A stretch of 62,695 nt of DNA, filler included, from Choristocarpus tenellus KU-1152 (lineage: Eukaryota; Protista; Phaeophyceae): assembly GCA_964200185.2 (NCBI GenBank). It is 13 parts of 13 records of this genome, joined end to end, with 100 filler letters (N's around TTAATTAATTAA, not from the genome) between each part and the next. Parts side by side here need not be neighbours in the genome. Positions count along the whole stretch, not along the records: positions 1 to 4,190 come from CAXNAD020015769.1; positions 4,291 to 7,863 come from CAXNAD020019174.1; positions 7,964 to 11,844 come from CAXNAD020017404.1; 10 more parts are not named here. One strand, 5' to 3'. A program made the position numbers and the translations under genes. The notes beneath the pieces are model-generated. The model did not search any database. It saw only the letters and a program-made list of their open reading frames with translations, and was not told the origin of the DNA. Position 1 is the first letter of the stretch. The number at the start of each line of letters is the position of its first letter. This document shows, in pieces, positions 1-11,944 of the stretch.

Positions 1-276
1 CATAAGCAAAGACCACATGGCGCTGCAAGAAGGTTTGGGGATGTAGAATGGATTTAGACTGAGGCCAGGTACTGGGGGGGGTGAAGGGAGAGGGGGTTTG
101 GAGAACGTTGTCGTGAAGGCATGATACATTGACGCATCAGGCATACACACACAGGATAATGACGGCAGATGCATTTTCATCATGTTAGGGTACTTTTCAG
201 CACTGCCTCCAACAAAAAACAAGACATCTACAATACCAATACCTCAAGCCCCAATAACGCACCATCCACACTACAC

Positions 277-2824
277 CCCCCTCAAGTACTGCCACACTCA
301 CCTTCTTAACCCCGTCAGTCATGCTCCGGTCAAACCCTCCACTGGCCACCGCAGCTGCCCCCTCTGCCAGAGGGCTCACCACAGGCATACCACCAGGGTA
401 CAGCTGCAGCAGAACACGAATGGCATCCACACCCACTCCCCCAGTGGCTGGAAGAAGAGGCCAGGTACCCTCAAACAGCTTCAGTACACCTCTGCCATCC
501 TCCTCCCCCCCACCTTGCCCCGTCCTCTCTACCCCTCGACCAGCGCCAATGCCCCAGCCCCGCACGTTGTCTAACATTCCACTTCTATGATTATCAGATC
601 CTTTTCCCCGTGGCGCACACATGTAGTCCCACAGTGAGGCCACCCATGTCTCAGAGGGCTGCTTCGGGCGGACCTGGACAAAGGGATTAGGTCAGTGGCA
701 TGGCAAAGATCGGTTGGGGAGGGAAGGAATAAAAGGGGCGACCTGGAACTGACCTGTAAGGCTGATACGAGGGAGGAGATTCAGGCCGCTGTGACAGTTG
801 AAAAGGGAAGAGACAGGAGTTCAGCGCCTCAGCCTTAGAGAGCAAGTAAAGTTGTATCAATCAAATCGATCCCTCCCTTCGAAACACACTACCAACAATC
901 ACACACAGCAACGCCAAGGCAAAATACCAAATGTCAAAAGAGGGTGTGAGAGTAGTTGGGGGATACCACAGGCGGACCAGCATGCACAGGTGGAGAAACG
1001 CCTACTAGAGAAAGTAAAAGGTGATCTGGAACAAGAGTGGGTAAGGGTCATGAGACTTGATCCTCACATCCATGGATCCTGGCGCCCACGCCACCTGGGC
1101 CAGGCCCTTCCACACAGAGGGAAGAACGGTACCCAGAAGGTTTGCCAAGTCCCCTGGCCCCATCACAGACAAATTGGTGACATCATGGAAGCGAGAATTC
1201 CCAAGCAACGATCGCACTGCCACAGGTTCCAGCAAGTCCAGGTCTTCCAAGAGGTATCTTCCCCCTTCACCCCCACCAATGATGTCAGCATCGTCCCCAG
1301 TCAGCAGCTGTCGTTCAGCATTTGTACACACAAAAACAGCCCCTTCCAGCCCATTCACCTTACTCCCATGACGCTGCATGGCATCTTTCATGCCCCCCCT
1401 CACCTCATCATTCATTGACAGAGACGATGGTGGAGGGGGCAAAGGGGCACTGATGTGCCCAAGCTCGCCGTTTGCCAGAGGCAGGAATGGCAGGCCAACA
1501 AGCTCCCCAAAGGAATCACTTCCCAAGCCTGATGCTGCAGCGTTCAAGAGGAACAGAGCATTCTCCCTCCCTGATCTTGCCCCTTCACTTCCTCCTGCTC
1601 TAGGTGTCGCTCCAGAGCTTCGTAGTGGCCCAGAGCCCATAATATGTGTAGAAGAAGGCTTATGTACTTTCAGACAAGGGTGTGGTATGTCAGTCCTCCT
1701 GAAGTGGGAGCGGAGGAAAGTTGCAGTGGCCTCAGCCCCCAGGCAGCCCTGGTTGAGCATGGACCTCCTGAGAGCAGAGGGCAGACGTACAACACGAAGC
1801 CCCTCTAACAGGAGCACCTTCAAAAGCAAAGGGGCAAAGGGGCAGAAGCGTACGGTGCAAGGAGGGACAAACGGAAGACAACACATGCAAGGGTGAAATA
1901 TTGTGGAGGTATGCCTTTGTATGTGTGTGAGGAGTACAAAATATTGAGAACTACAAAAAAAAAAAAGCAAAGGAATTGGCAAACAGACTAGCAGCCACAG
2001 CACAGGGCCCTAGAGCTTCACAGCTCTGTATTAAACGGTTGCAATTACACTGATTGACACTCCTGCCCAAATCTTAAAAAAAATTAACCATGCGCCATTG
2101 GTAGTTAACCACAGGGCGACAAAAAAGTTAACAAACATTTAGGGCAAGCAGAAAAATAAAACAAAACATCAACCTGAAAAATAAAAATAAAAAGAATTAG
2201 CTGCGCTTACATCAGAGAGCCTATTCGCCTCCACTGCCGCCTCCACTCCATCACCACCCTCTCCCCCCCCCCTCGAGCCCACCACATTCACTGATCCACT
2301 TCCAGCCCCCGTGGAACCCCCAACCCAGTCATCACCCCCTGGAATAACCACAGCACTAGCAGGCGATATCCAACCCCCACCGTTGGCCTCACTGTAAAGC
2401 ACAGGCAGGTCTCTGAGGTTGGAGTAGGTAGCTGAAACAGCTATGTCCCAGGGCTTGTGAGGCTCCTCTGCTGCAGGCAAGAGGGCCAAGTGATGGGGCC
2501 CCGAGCCAAGCACGTCTCGAGCTTTCATCACCAGTGTAGCATACACAGGGGCGATGACATCAGACAGGAGCAGGGTGTTCCATTCACTTCTACGTCTTCC
2601 CTCGCCTGCCATGTCTTCACCAAACCAAATGTCTCGTCTGCTCAACAAGTATGGGGCAATTTTTTAAGGGAAATTTTAGCTCAGACGGTTTGAAGAAAGA
2701 AACTGTCAAATTAATGACAGGGTGGAGAGAGGAAGAGAGAGGGACCAGCGGTGTAACTCTGCTAGTCCAAGGTAAGTGAGTAAGTGAATCAAAAGCAACA
2801 GATTTGTTGGAGGCAAGCAGAAAG

Positions 2825-2875
<51 letters not shown>

Positions 2876-4085
2876 AACAACAGTGACCCTTGAGACCAAC
2901 CAGTGTGTCGTAAAAACAGAAAAGCTTTCATCGCCCACCTGAATCTTAGCCAATAACAATAAATCACCTGCTAATCTTAGCCAATGATAATGCAATCACC
3001 TACTTGGTCTTAGCCAATGATAACACGATCACCTGTTGGATGATATCTCAAAGAATCCATTGATGTGCGCAGGAAGGTGGGTGGTGACTGGAAGGGGCAG
3101 GAAGCAAAAGGCGTGACCAATGAAAGGCGGCGCTGCTTCACCATTGCGACTTATGTGCGCTGCCACCTGATCCATTCCAAAAGAAAACAAAGGTAACAAC
3201 AATTAAGGTTGCAGGGGAGGGGGCAAAGGGGGGGGGGGGACAGCAAGGGCAAGGAGAGAAGGTGGGCAACAAGGGGAAACAATATCTATGTAGAAGCCAC
3301 CTTTGCAAATCCACAGAGTCAATCAATTGCTAGGGTGGGATAGTTGAGAGAGGGGATGGGGAGATGAGCACGGATGCTTTCAACAGGAGCAAAAGTTGAG
3401 CAACAAACAATGGAATGCCTCACCCAGCCAACTCACCCCACCCCAAGGAAGAAGCTTCATGTGGCGGTGCTCCGGTTGACAGGCCATCATCCTCGCCCTC
3501 CCTGCCCCAAGGGCGGCACAGACAAGGAACACATCTACCACTGTCCTCACTCCTAAAGATACCTCTTCCTCCTTTACCCCCTCAATCTCCCCATCTCCCA
3601 AGCTAACAGCAGCCCCATCAACCGCCAGCGCATTATCACCGGAACCCTCAGTGCCAACTGCAACCACTCCACTACCTCCAGTCCCTGCCTTGGCCTCAGC
3701 TCCAGCTCCAGCCCCAGCCCCAGCCCCACTCCCACTCCCACTCCCACTCCCACTCCCACTCCCACTCCCAAATCCAACTCCTGCCCCAGTCTGCAAAGCA
3801 GCACCAGAAGCCTCATGATGGGGCACGGTCTCTTGAAAAGTGATCGTAACTGTCTGCGCCACCTCAGGTAGGCTACCCGCAGGTGTCTGGCGTAGTTTGG
3901 CATAGAATGCTTCCTTGGAAAGGGGACGGCGGGGGGGGCCTGATATAAACGCTGGGATGGCCTCCCAACCTAAGGGTGGGTCTCGGGAAGACACCTCCAC
4001 ATGGTAGCTCAGCACAGGTGACACATCACCAGGCTCAAAGGTATAGACCTCGATTCTCTGAACGTGTCTAAGGAACAACAGGTAC
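277..4085 (-). CDS. Sacsin-like protein, internal fragment (exons 4085-3437, 3166-3033, 2637-2211, 1817-1068, 673-~277)
   Basis: GT-AG exons join in phase. They encode YLLFLRHVQRIEVY...KLLPWGGVAAHI...GHAFCFLPLPVTTHLPAHINGFFEISSNRRDIWFGEDMAGEGRRRSEWNTLLL...LVGLPFLPLANGELG and WPLLP, the signature motifs of the sacsin repeating region. Both ends are truncated by the contig/window. The last donor is approximate. Confidence 0.9.
2827..2870. repeat. (AG)n microsatellite in sacsin intron
   Basis: Direct read of about 22 AG units. Confidence 0.95.
2935..3035. repeat. ~30-33-bp imperfect tandem repeat (3 units) at an intron 5' end
   Basis: Unit cacct(g/a)...tcttagccaat(g)ataa...at repeated three times immediately next to the exon ending at 3033. 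Confidence 0.8.
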
Positions 4086-4190
4086 CTACGTCAATTTACA
4101 CAAAAGTCAATGGGGGATCGGGGGGGGAGGGGGCAGGGGCAGAGGTCAAGGTTCAAGCGGTTTACCTACCCTAGCATGTATGCAAGCACC

Positions 4191-4290
4191 NNNNNNNNNN
4201 NNNNNNNNNNNNNNNNNNNNNNNNNNNNNNNNNNTTAATTAATTAANNNNNNNNNNNNNNNNNNNNNNNNNNNNNNNNNNNNNNNNNNNN
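4191..4290. other. Artificial contig linker N44-TTAATTAATTAA-N44 (also 7864-7963, 11845-11944, 14537-14636, 17553-17652, 25144-25243, 29983-30082, 36782-36881, 45696-45795, 48890-48989, 53458-53557, 59383-59482)
   Basis: The same 100-nt spacer, with stops in all six frames, occurs 12 times. Confidence 0.99.
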
Positions 4291-5337
4291 AAATATCCTA
4301 AACATAAGAACACTATAAAACATTGTAAGTGTGGAAACCACTAATCTATCAGTTACTTCACCACTATCAAATATTGTACTACTGTCTTCCTTTGCTTCCC
4401 ATCTACCTACTCCTGTGCCCCGGGGGGGGGGAGCTAGGGGGGCATTCCAAGATTGTGTATTATTGATCTGTCCCTAGCTCATCTTCATATACAATCTTAC
4501 TTTTTTCATTTATTAGAAAAGGAACAATATGTTCAAATATTTCTCACGTCGGGCAAATCATGATAGAACAATTTGTGCTTCACAAATCAGTAAACAAAAA
4601 GTATGTGCAAATATTTGTGTGGAAAGTTTGAAGGAGTGGCGAGGATGTACAAATTATTTATACTCAGGAATCTTGTAACAAACATCATGTAATCTTGTAA
4701 CAAACATCATGTACCGAGTGCAAATCAATGTTGAGAAATGATGCACAAATCGGGATTTGTACGTATCACTCACCATTTTATCAGCATGAACAAACGATTT
4801 GTCGCTATGCATCAAGAGACGATAACGGTGCATCGCTGATCTGTCCCTACCCCATCTTCATCTACAAATCTTAGGTTGTTCGAATTTCTTAGTAGGAAAA
4901 CAACAATTAATTGCGTACAAAACCTTAGGGTTACTACTACTAATAATCTGTGTGTAATTACATCTAGTACTTGGTTCCTTTGTTCTATGATCTCATATTA
5001 TTACGCCCTCGAGACATTTTCCAGATGTGTCAGGGAAAAAGCCAAACCAAAACCACAAGGACCTCTATAATAATCAGAGTTATCATTAAACTAAAAAAGA
5101 CTGCTAATTCTTTGATACTACATTGACCTCTACCAAAATATCGGTGTCTTAGTTACCATATGTCACATATCAATACTACTACCCCCTGTGCACAAACATG
5201 CATAACTATTTATTGATACAACTCATCCACTGCGAAACGTTTAAAAATCTTTGCTGCACCGGTCCCCTCCCTATCTATGGAACATGTACTCCAATACAAA
5301 TATTATTTTTCCCTCTGACATATTGTAGATGTGTCAG

Positions 5338-5526
5338 GACTCAAAGTACCTGGGGGGGTGGGGGGAGGGGAGGGTCTACACCAGGGTGTCTATTCGGGTC
5401 CTGACCAGGAAAAGTGCACTTATATTATCAATCCGACACATGCAACCAAATCACCCAAAAATCGCGACATGGAAAAATGAGCCCCAAATGGACAGCCGCC
5501 ACCCCCCCCTCGAGATACTTTGAGCC
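5338..5526. mobile_element. MITE family A (~190 bp), complete copy with TIRs and 4-bp TSD TCAG
   Basis: Left end GACTCAAAGTACC-G-run, right end C-run-GAGATACTTTGAGCC. TCAG flanks at 5334-5337 and 5527-5530. Confidence 0.9.
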
Positions 5527-5562
5527 TCAGGGAAAATATTTTTCTGTACCATTTTCCTATTT

Positions 5563-5856
5563 TTGAAATATGTACAAATGGTGCCCTGGTACGAGTACAT
5601 TGATTTCAATCCCTTCACAACATCGTGCGCCTGTGAGACAGGTAGTACTCCAAATCACAGGGTGTTGCTTTTGTGTGAACATCTCATGAGGTTGTTGGAA
5701 GGTCTTTCTCGAACCAATCTCAGAAATATGAACGGGTACGAATGGTTTGGTTCCACAAATCAAAGATTTAACTCCTGTACCTATGATTTGCGAGGATGTG
5801 TCCCAACAATGCAGCAACTAACTCAGATCGTACACGACAGGAGGAACGGCTATTGA
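5563..5856 (+). pseudogene. SWIM zinc-finger-like relic, possibly a MULE transposase C-terminus
   Basis: TSCACETGSTPNHRVLLLCEHL fits CxC-xn-CxH. The frame is broken by stops downstream. Confidence 0.35.
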
Positions 5857-7768
5857 TTCGTTGGAAATTGATTGGTACACCACAGATCGGATTTGAAATG
5901 ATTGGTCCAATGTGTGGATGGTTGTTGCAAGTGGCTTGTGAAACCCTCACAAACGCCAGGTGCACTTCCCTTTAAAGTGGGACCCCAAAAGGTATAAAGT
6001 TGGACTTCTCAGGTATAACTAACAAAATTCTACATCCTTCAGGCATATCATACAATACTCTGAACCTGCAGGAAACGCTAAGGAAAACAACCCACGTGGA
6101 ATCTACACGAGTCTGACATCTTCAATCAGTCAAAAAAAAAAAAAATAGTTGGCCCAGTGGACTGTGGATCTTGTGTACGGAAGCTCTTGTACAGCAACCA
6201 ACTTTACACATTTTATCCCGATCAGAGGTATAGAGCTCAGGGATGTTATGACGTCATGCGAAAAAAAAAGAGTAATGCACCTCAAACCGAATTGTAAAAA
6301 AAAAAGAGGCTAGTGACAACCACCGTTCACACAAGGCTGCTAACTTCAACACTACTGCACACAATAAAAGGAGTGGAATGATAAGAACGATAAGATTTGC
6401 ATGCGTCATCCGAGGCACCACCGCCACCCTCCTCATCCACACGGGTCCCTCATGGGCCCTCACTCACCCATGCCCGCACATAAGTGAGTAGAGCTGATGC
6501 GCCAACGCCCCCATCGGAAGTGACTTTGAGCTCTCCCGCCCAGCCTATCTCCAAGTAGGAAAGGCAGGGGGATGCCATGCAGCATTGGGGCAGGGGGGGA
6601 GGGAAGATGTTGAAAGTTTAAATATACACAACGTTCTCCCAACTTCAGTAGGTAGGGGACACAGAGATGAGAGATAAGAGGCATGGTCTGGATGTACCAT
6701 GTTACTTACGTTGGGATCATATTGAAAAGAGTAAGAATGGCTATGAGGAAGAAGAGTCACAAATGCCCAAGGGCGTGCGAACAAAATGTAGTATTAGAGC
6801 CAGTGCAGGGATATATAGGTGTGCGTAGAAGTACATACATCATACACCTCCCCAGGACTAAGGGTCACAGTTGAAGGTAAAGACAAGTACTAGTTTATGT
6901 ACTTGGGACTAACAGTAAAACAAGAGGATGAACGCAGGGCACTTCTTTCCCACCCAAACGAAAACACCTTCAAGAAGTATATGTAATTTGTGATAAACGT
7001 TTCAACGACAGTTGAGAGCAAAAACTAAGAATGAGAAAAATACAGGTCTTTACTCTATCTGTCAACGACTACCTCAGTTCCTATTTTCCTATTTTACAAA
7101 AGTATCAGTAAAAATACCTGTAGGGCCAGGTGCAGATCCTTTTCCATCAGCACTGCCGCAAATCCCCCCTCAAATCCCTTTGATGAGGGAACCCCCTCCA
7201 TGACCCCAGGGCATGGGTTGTATGAGTCAGAGCTCCAGCAGCGTGCTGTGGAAGAATTGAGTACGCTCGCTAGAACCTTTTAGGGGCCCGTGGGGAGGGG
7301 AAGGAGGGGCATCATCCCAGGGGAGGCTAGTAGCCTGGGCATAAGGGTGGCAAGTTGACCGTTCATAAATAACTGGAGGCGTTTAGGCTATCGAGGTCAG
7401 AGGTTTGGGCTTTCCTAATAAAACTGCTTGTGCTTGGAGCACATAAAAACAAAATCGAACCCACCTCGGTTGCTCGTCGAAACCCCCCCCCCGAAAGAAA
7501 GTCTCTAGCTGCAGCAGCGATAACTGGGACCCTTCATTGCTGGATCAAAACAACCCGTATTTATTATTTATTATCAACAACGGTGAAATTTCGTCAACTG
7601 ACTCTTAAAAACTATTGTCTTAAAGAGAGTGCAGCCATTGAACATACTAGAGTAGAGTGTGGGGCAATGTGCCCCTGAAGGAGTTCGCGCGTTGCATTGC
7701 GACTGGAGAGTGATGAAACTGATGTGTTTGATTGAAGTTAACGGGACTGCGGAACCAAACGAGCGAGC

Positions 7769-7810
<42 letters not shown>

Positions 7811-7963
7811 CCCACCCCCCCCCCACACAAAAAAAAAAAAAAAAAAAAAATAAAAAAAAAAAANNNNNNNNNNNNNNNNNNNNNNNNNNNNNNNNNNNNN
7901 NNNNNNNTTAATTAATTAANNNNNNNNNNNNNNNNNNNNNNNNNNNNNNNNNNNNNNNNNNNN

Positions 7964-8133
7964 AAAAATCGCGACATTCAAAAATTGACCCCAAATGGAC
8001 AGCCGCCACCCCCTCCCAGATACTTTGAGCCACATTATCCATCCGACACATGCAATCCAAATCACCCAAAAATCAGAACATGGAAAATGGACCCCACATT
8101 GGCAGTCAACACCCCCCCCAGATACTTTGAACC
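7964..8133. mobile_element. Two MITE family A right halves, one nested in the other
   Basis: aaaaatcgcgac...gatactttgagcc is followed directly by tatccatccgacacatgcaa...gatactttgaacc. Both match 5338-5526. Confidence 0.8.
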
Positions 8134-8199
8134 TTTGCCTTTATTCAACATCGTCAACTCACCAATCCAGGGCTGCCACAGAGGCCACTCGCTCTAGTT

Positions 8200-9653
8200 C
8201 GACTGATCTAGCCAACCCACCCTCCTGCTGCCTTTTTTTGGTCCTGGTGTGCTCGCCCTTGTAATCGTTTCCCCCAGTGCCCTTAACACCTTATTGTACC
8301 TCTTTAACAGACTCTGCCACACCCTGTCTGCGTTGTATGTTTGGAACATGCTTGAAACCCCCCCTACAGGTTCATCAATGGGGCCGTAACGCTCCACCCA
8401 AACCCTGTTCCTTCAAAAATGCAAAAACCCCAAATAATTGATGTTGAGATCCGGCGAATGTGCTGGCTGCCTCATGAGCTTAAGTTCCATCCTTCCTCCA
8501 TCCGTGCTGCGTTCAGCTTCTGCACCATGCTCTTACCCGTATGCATGGTAGTGCCGTCCTGTTGTATGGAGACCATCCCTGATTCCAGCCATGGAATTTT
8601 TTTCTTGGCTGCTGGCAACCGCTGATCCGCGTACCACTCCCGGTACCACTCAGCATCAACGGTGACGTCAACCTTGTACTCTTTACCCTTCATGCACTGT
8701 GCTGTAGTCCGTTGCGCCTCCTTCATGACACAAACCCACCAAATCCCGATCTTGCTGTTAAAATCATGGGAAGGGTCTGGGCGTGAAATGGTGGAGATGA
8801 GGATCACTTTGGGAATGTGACTCTTGTGCTGCACCTTTATCGAGCCCCACCTTTTCCTCCCCCGGGAACATTCACACCATCTCTAGTTCGCATATGAGGT
8901 ACAACCACTTCTCGTCAATGTGAATGGAGTTGAGGCCAGTCTTGTAGGTTTTATGGTTGCGGGAGATGTGGTCGAGGATGAATTACACCCTGTTCTTCTT
9001 GTGAGAAAACAAAAAGCTAGGGGTGACACCCTACCGAAGCCTCGTTGACCCCATGGCTTCAAGTCAGCGATGAAGCTTTGAGCTGCTGACTGTGAGACAC
9101 GCTCTGGCAAGCTTGGCGGAAAGTTGGTCGATAATCAGCGTGCAATTACTGGCATTTGATTTCCCGGATCTTGGCTTGTTTTGTTGGCATAAAGTCCGAC
9201 GGCCGTCCAGATCGTGCTTGTGATTTCAATGAGGCTAACTGTTCTTTGGCGTTCCCCACACCCCTCGGGAGTCACTCGTGACCTGGAGGAAGAGTCAATG
9301 CATAATGCAGGGGTAACTGCGATCCCATCTTCCCCGGTCATCTCGCAATTCTTTCTCTGAGACGGTGGGCTTTGTGTTGGGGATAACAGGCTGTGGGGGC
9401 TCGCCATGGGGATTGTGAGAGTGTTGTGTGGCTCCATGCTACAACAGGGACATAAATAAATGCTAAGAATATACCTCATTCTGTTTTCCATCATTTCGGA
9501 ACCATTTCAGAACATAATTCTTTGTAGAATTCTTTGAATTTAGATTTTAAATGTAAGATATTCCAAGGAACCCAACGCAAAAGTTCGTTTTGTAATCGGA
9601 GGTCAGCCCAAAGAGCTACAACTTAACAGATCAGACCTATGGGACAGAGGGAG
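8200..9653 (-). mobile_element. Tc1/mariner DD39D-like (plant-type mariner) transposon relic with Stowaway-like 5' TIR
   Basis: Frameshifted motifs SIHIDEKWLY (~8915), HKSHIPKVILISTISRP...FNSKIGIW, IQQDG and QPAHSPDLNINYLGF. 9641-9653 reads CTCCCTCTGTCCC on the minus strand, at the expected 5' end. Confidence 0.85.
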
Positions 9654-10427
9654 TGTATACAGTATGTACAAGCAAGAAAATGTGAATAAAACAATATTTG
9701 TTGGGTTGATCCTGGTTGCCATCATTGGTGCCTTGAACAATTTGAGGTTTTGTTTGATGCACGAAATGAAACAATGTTGAGAGCTCTTGGTTGGTTACTA
9801 TGTCGAGTCCAACTTTGATACTATCCAGTAGTACAAAATGAATTCTGCGGAGTAGGACTCTAGCAGCGTGACAAAATATATGTCGCGTTCCCAATAAGAG
9901 TGCGATGATGGCCTGTATTTTATGTAGATTGTGTGTCGTCTTCTGTCAAGTCATGTAATGTGTCAATTTAGACATATCAGAAGTAACAATAATAATGCTG
10001 TTGTTGAAGTAGCATGAACTGACAAAGTCACGGTGAGGGTTAGGATTGAGGATATGTAGTTTTTTTTCCTTGATAATATACCATAATAATACATGTATTG
10101 GCAGGAAGTCCAAGTTTTCTAATGAACAAATTGTGTTTATTTACAGATCTTCTTGTTCAATCCCTACACCCTACTCCATTGAATGATTTCGTGTTGGTAT
10201 CTAATTTTGTCGCCCATTTATTTGAAGATGGTGCACCCAATTCTATGTGGAATGTGGACCAACCATTTCCATTTTCGTTTTTATCTTCAAATAAAAAGGA
10301 ATATATTCGTATTGTATATACTTCACAGATTTAAGATCCCACACCACCCACCACAAATGTTATATATATGTCCTTGCCTGTGTTGTTGTGTATTGCTTTG
10401 TACTTCTCACTTTCATTTTTTTTTTTG

Positions 10428-10590
10428 CCTCAAAGTATGTGGGGGGAAGTAGGGGGTGTCCATTTGGTCCCCAATTTCCATGTCGCGATTTTTGAGTGAT
10501 TTGGTTGCATGTGTCAGATGGATAATGTAAGTGCACTCTTCCTGGTCAGGGCTCAAATTGACACCCTGGTGTAGACCCCCCTCCCCCCCA
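10428..10590. mobile_element. MITE family A copy (inverted, one end degenerate)
   Basis: Reverse complement of the 5338-5526 interior (catgtcgcgatttttgagtgatttggttgcatgtgtc...cctggtcagg...ccctggtgtagacc). Confidence 0.85.
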
Positions 10591-10833
10591 ATTACATTGT
10601 CACCAATTCATTTCTTTTTTGTTTTTTTATTTTTGAACTTGTTTTTTAAAAGACTAATGTTTGATCAGGAAGGAGAAGTGAGGAAGGGAACTGAGTTGTC
10701 GAGGACTGCGTCAATGGCTCCAGGAAATTGAGCTTGTTGGCTTGGGGTCATTGATTATTAATGACCTTGCCTATATCCTGCTGAAGCAAAGAAGAGTTAG
10801 GTGTTCACAACGAAGATTCCACTTTGTTTCACT

Positions 10834-11573
10834 ATGATTTCATGTGGTTGGGATAAGATATCCTGGATCTTGCTTATTTTCCTTGCCTTGGTTGTCCAGT
10901 GCTGGGCTACCCCAAGTCAACTAGAAGTCAAGGAAGGAGCGGAAATATCGAGTTTCAGATTTAGTCCTGGTGGAGATCATCGTCGAGCTCTAAATGACAT
11001 GGTCGCCATGGGGGACGTCGCAGCCATGATGGGATATCTCTCCCAGGTGGACGCCAAAGATGGGGGGTTGGCGGTACACAAGGGAAAGCCTAGCTTATTT
11101 TTTTACCTTGGGGTGACACTCCATAGTCTGGGGAGATATCGGGAGTCCATTGATGCATTTCGACAGGCCATCACCGAGAGGTGGGAGGTTGAGACCCCAC
11201 GATAGGCGAATTGGTCATTGCAGACCACGCACCTCATGGTTTGGATCCCTCATCACACACAATTTGATACAATTTTTCAGTCGCTGATGGCCTCAAAAGA
11301 GTGCCACACGGTGTGTCCTTTGCACTGTGTTGCTCTATTGTACCTCACCCCCGAAAATACATTCTCCAGTATGTAATTTGTATACCTAACACGCTTTCCG
11401 TCGTTAGGCCTGACGACTTCGCGAGTTGGTCCAATCTTGGAGACACGCTACTTGCACAGCACCGATCAATGGAGGCGATCGAGGTTTACGAAGGCATGGT
11501 AGCCAACAATCTCACTGATGACTACAGCAGGCTCTACAAAGCAAGGTCCTGGGTGGCATACTGGCGTGATCAG
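10834..11573 (+). CDS. Signal-peptide + TPR protein, 5' part (exons 10834-11180, 11408-11573); possibly GT41/OGT-like
   Basis: Hydrophobic leader WILLIFLALVVQCWA. TPR consensus in FFYLGVTLHSLGRYRESIDAFRQAI and PDDFASWSNLGDTLLAQHRSMEAIEVYE. The phase-2 GT-AG join is in frame. Confidence 0.75.
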
Positions 11574-11944
11574 GTACAATATCTCATGTCGGAGAAATAT
11601 TTTCCCCATAAGGGCTAGTTTGGGGATAGAGAAGAGGTGTTTAGTCGATGTGCAGAAGAGGTGCCAACAGCTGTATAGACCATTGAGGAGGTGTATGTAA
11701 CGTAGCCATTGAGAACTGGACCAAGAGTAGTGGAGAGAATGCTATTGGTTGAGCTGTGTGCTGTGCCAACATTGGACGTGCACAAGAGTAATCTGGGCAA
11801 CAGGATAATAATAGCATGCCCTTACCACTTCATCTCGAATACCCNNNNNNNNNNNNNNNNNNNNNNNNNNNNNNNNNNNNNNNNNNNNTTAATTAATTAA
11901 NNNNNNNNNNNNNNNNNNNNNNNNNNNNNNNNNNNNNNNNNNNN

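Noticed and set aside
4235-4246. Recurrent palindrome TTAATTAATTAA as a biological repeat or CRISPR-like spacer
   Set aside because: It is always centred in N44 blocks, so it is an assembly linker.
7468-7772. Possible MITE bounded by GGTTGCTCG/CGAGCAACC
   Set aside because: Only a 9-bp inverted repeat, no second copy, and the TSD is obscured by poly-C.
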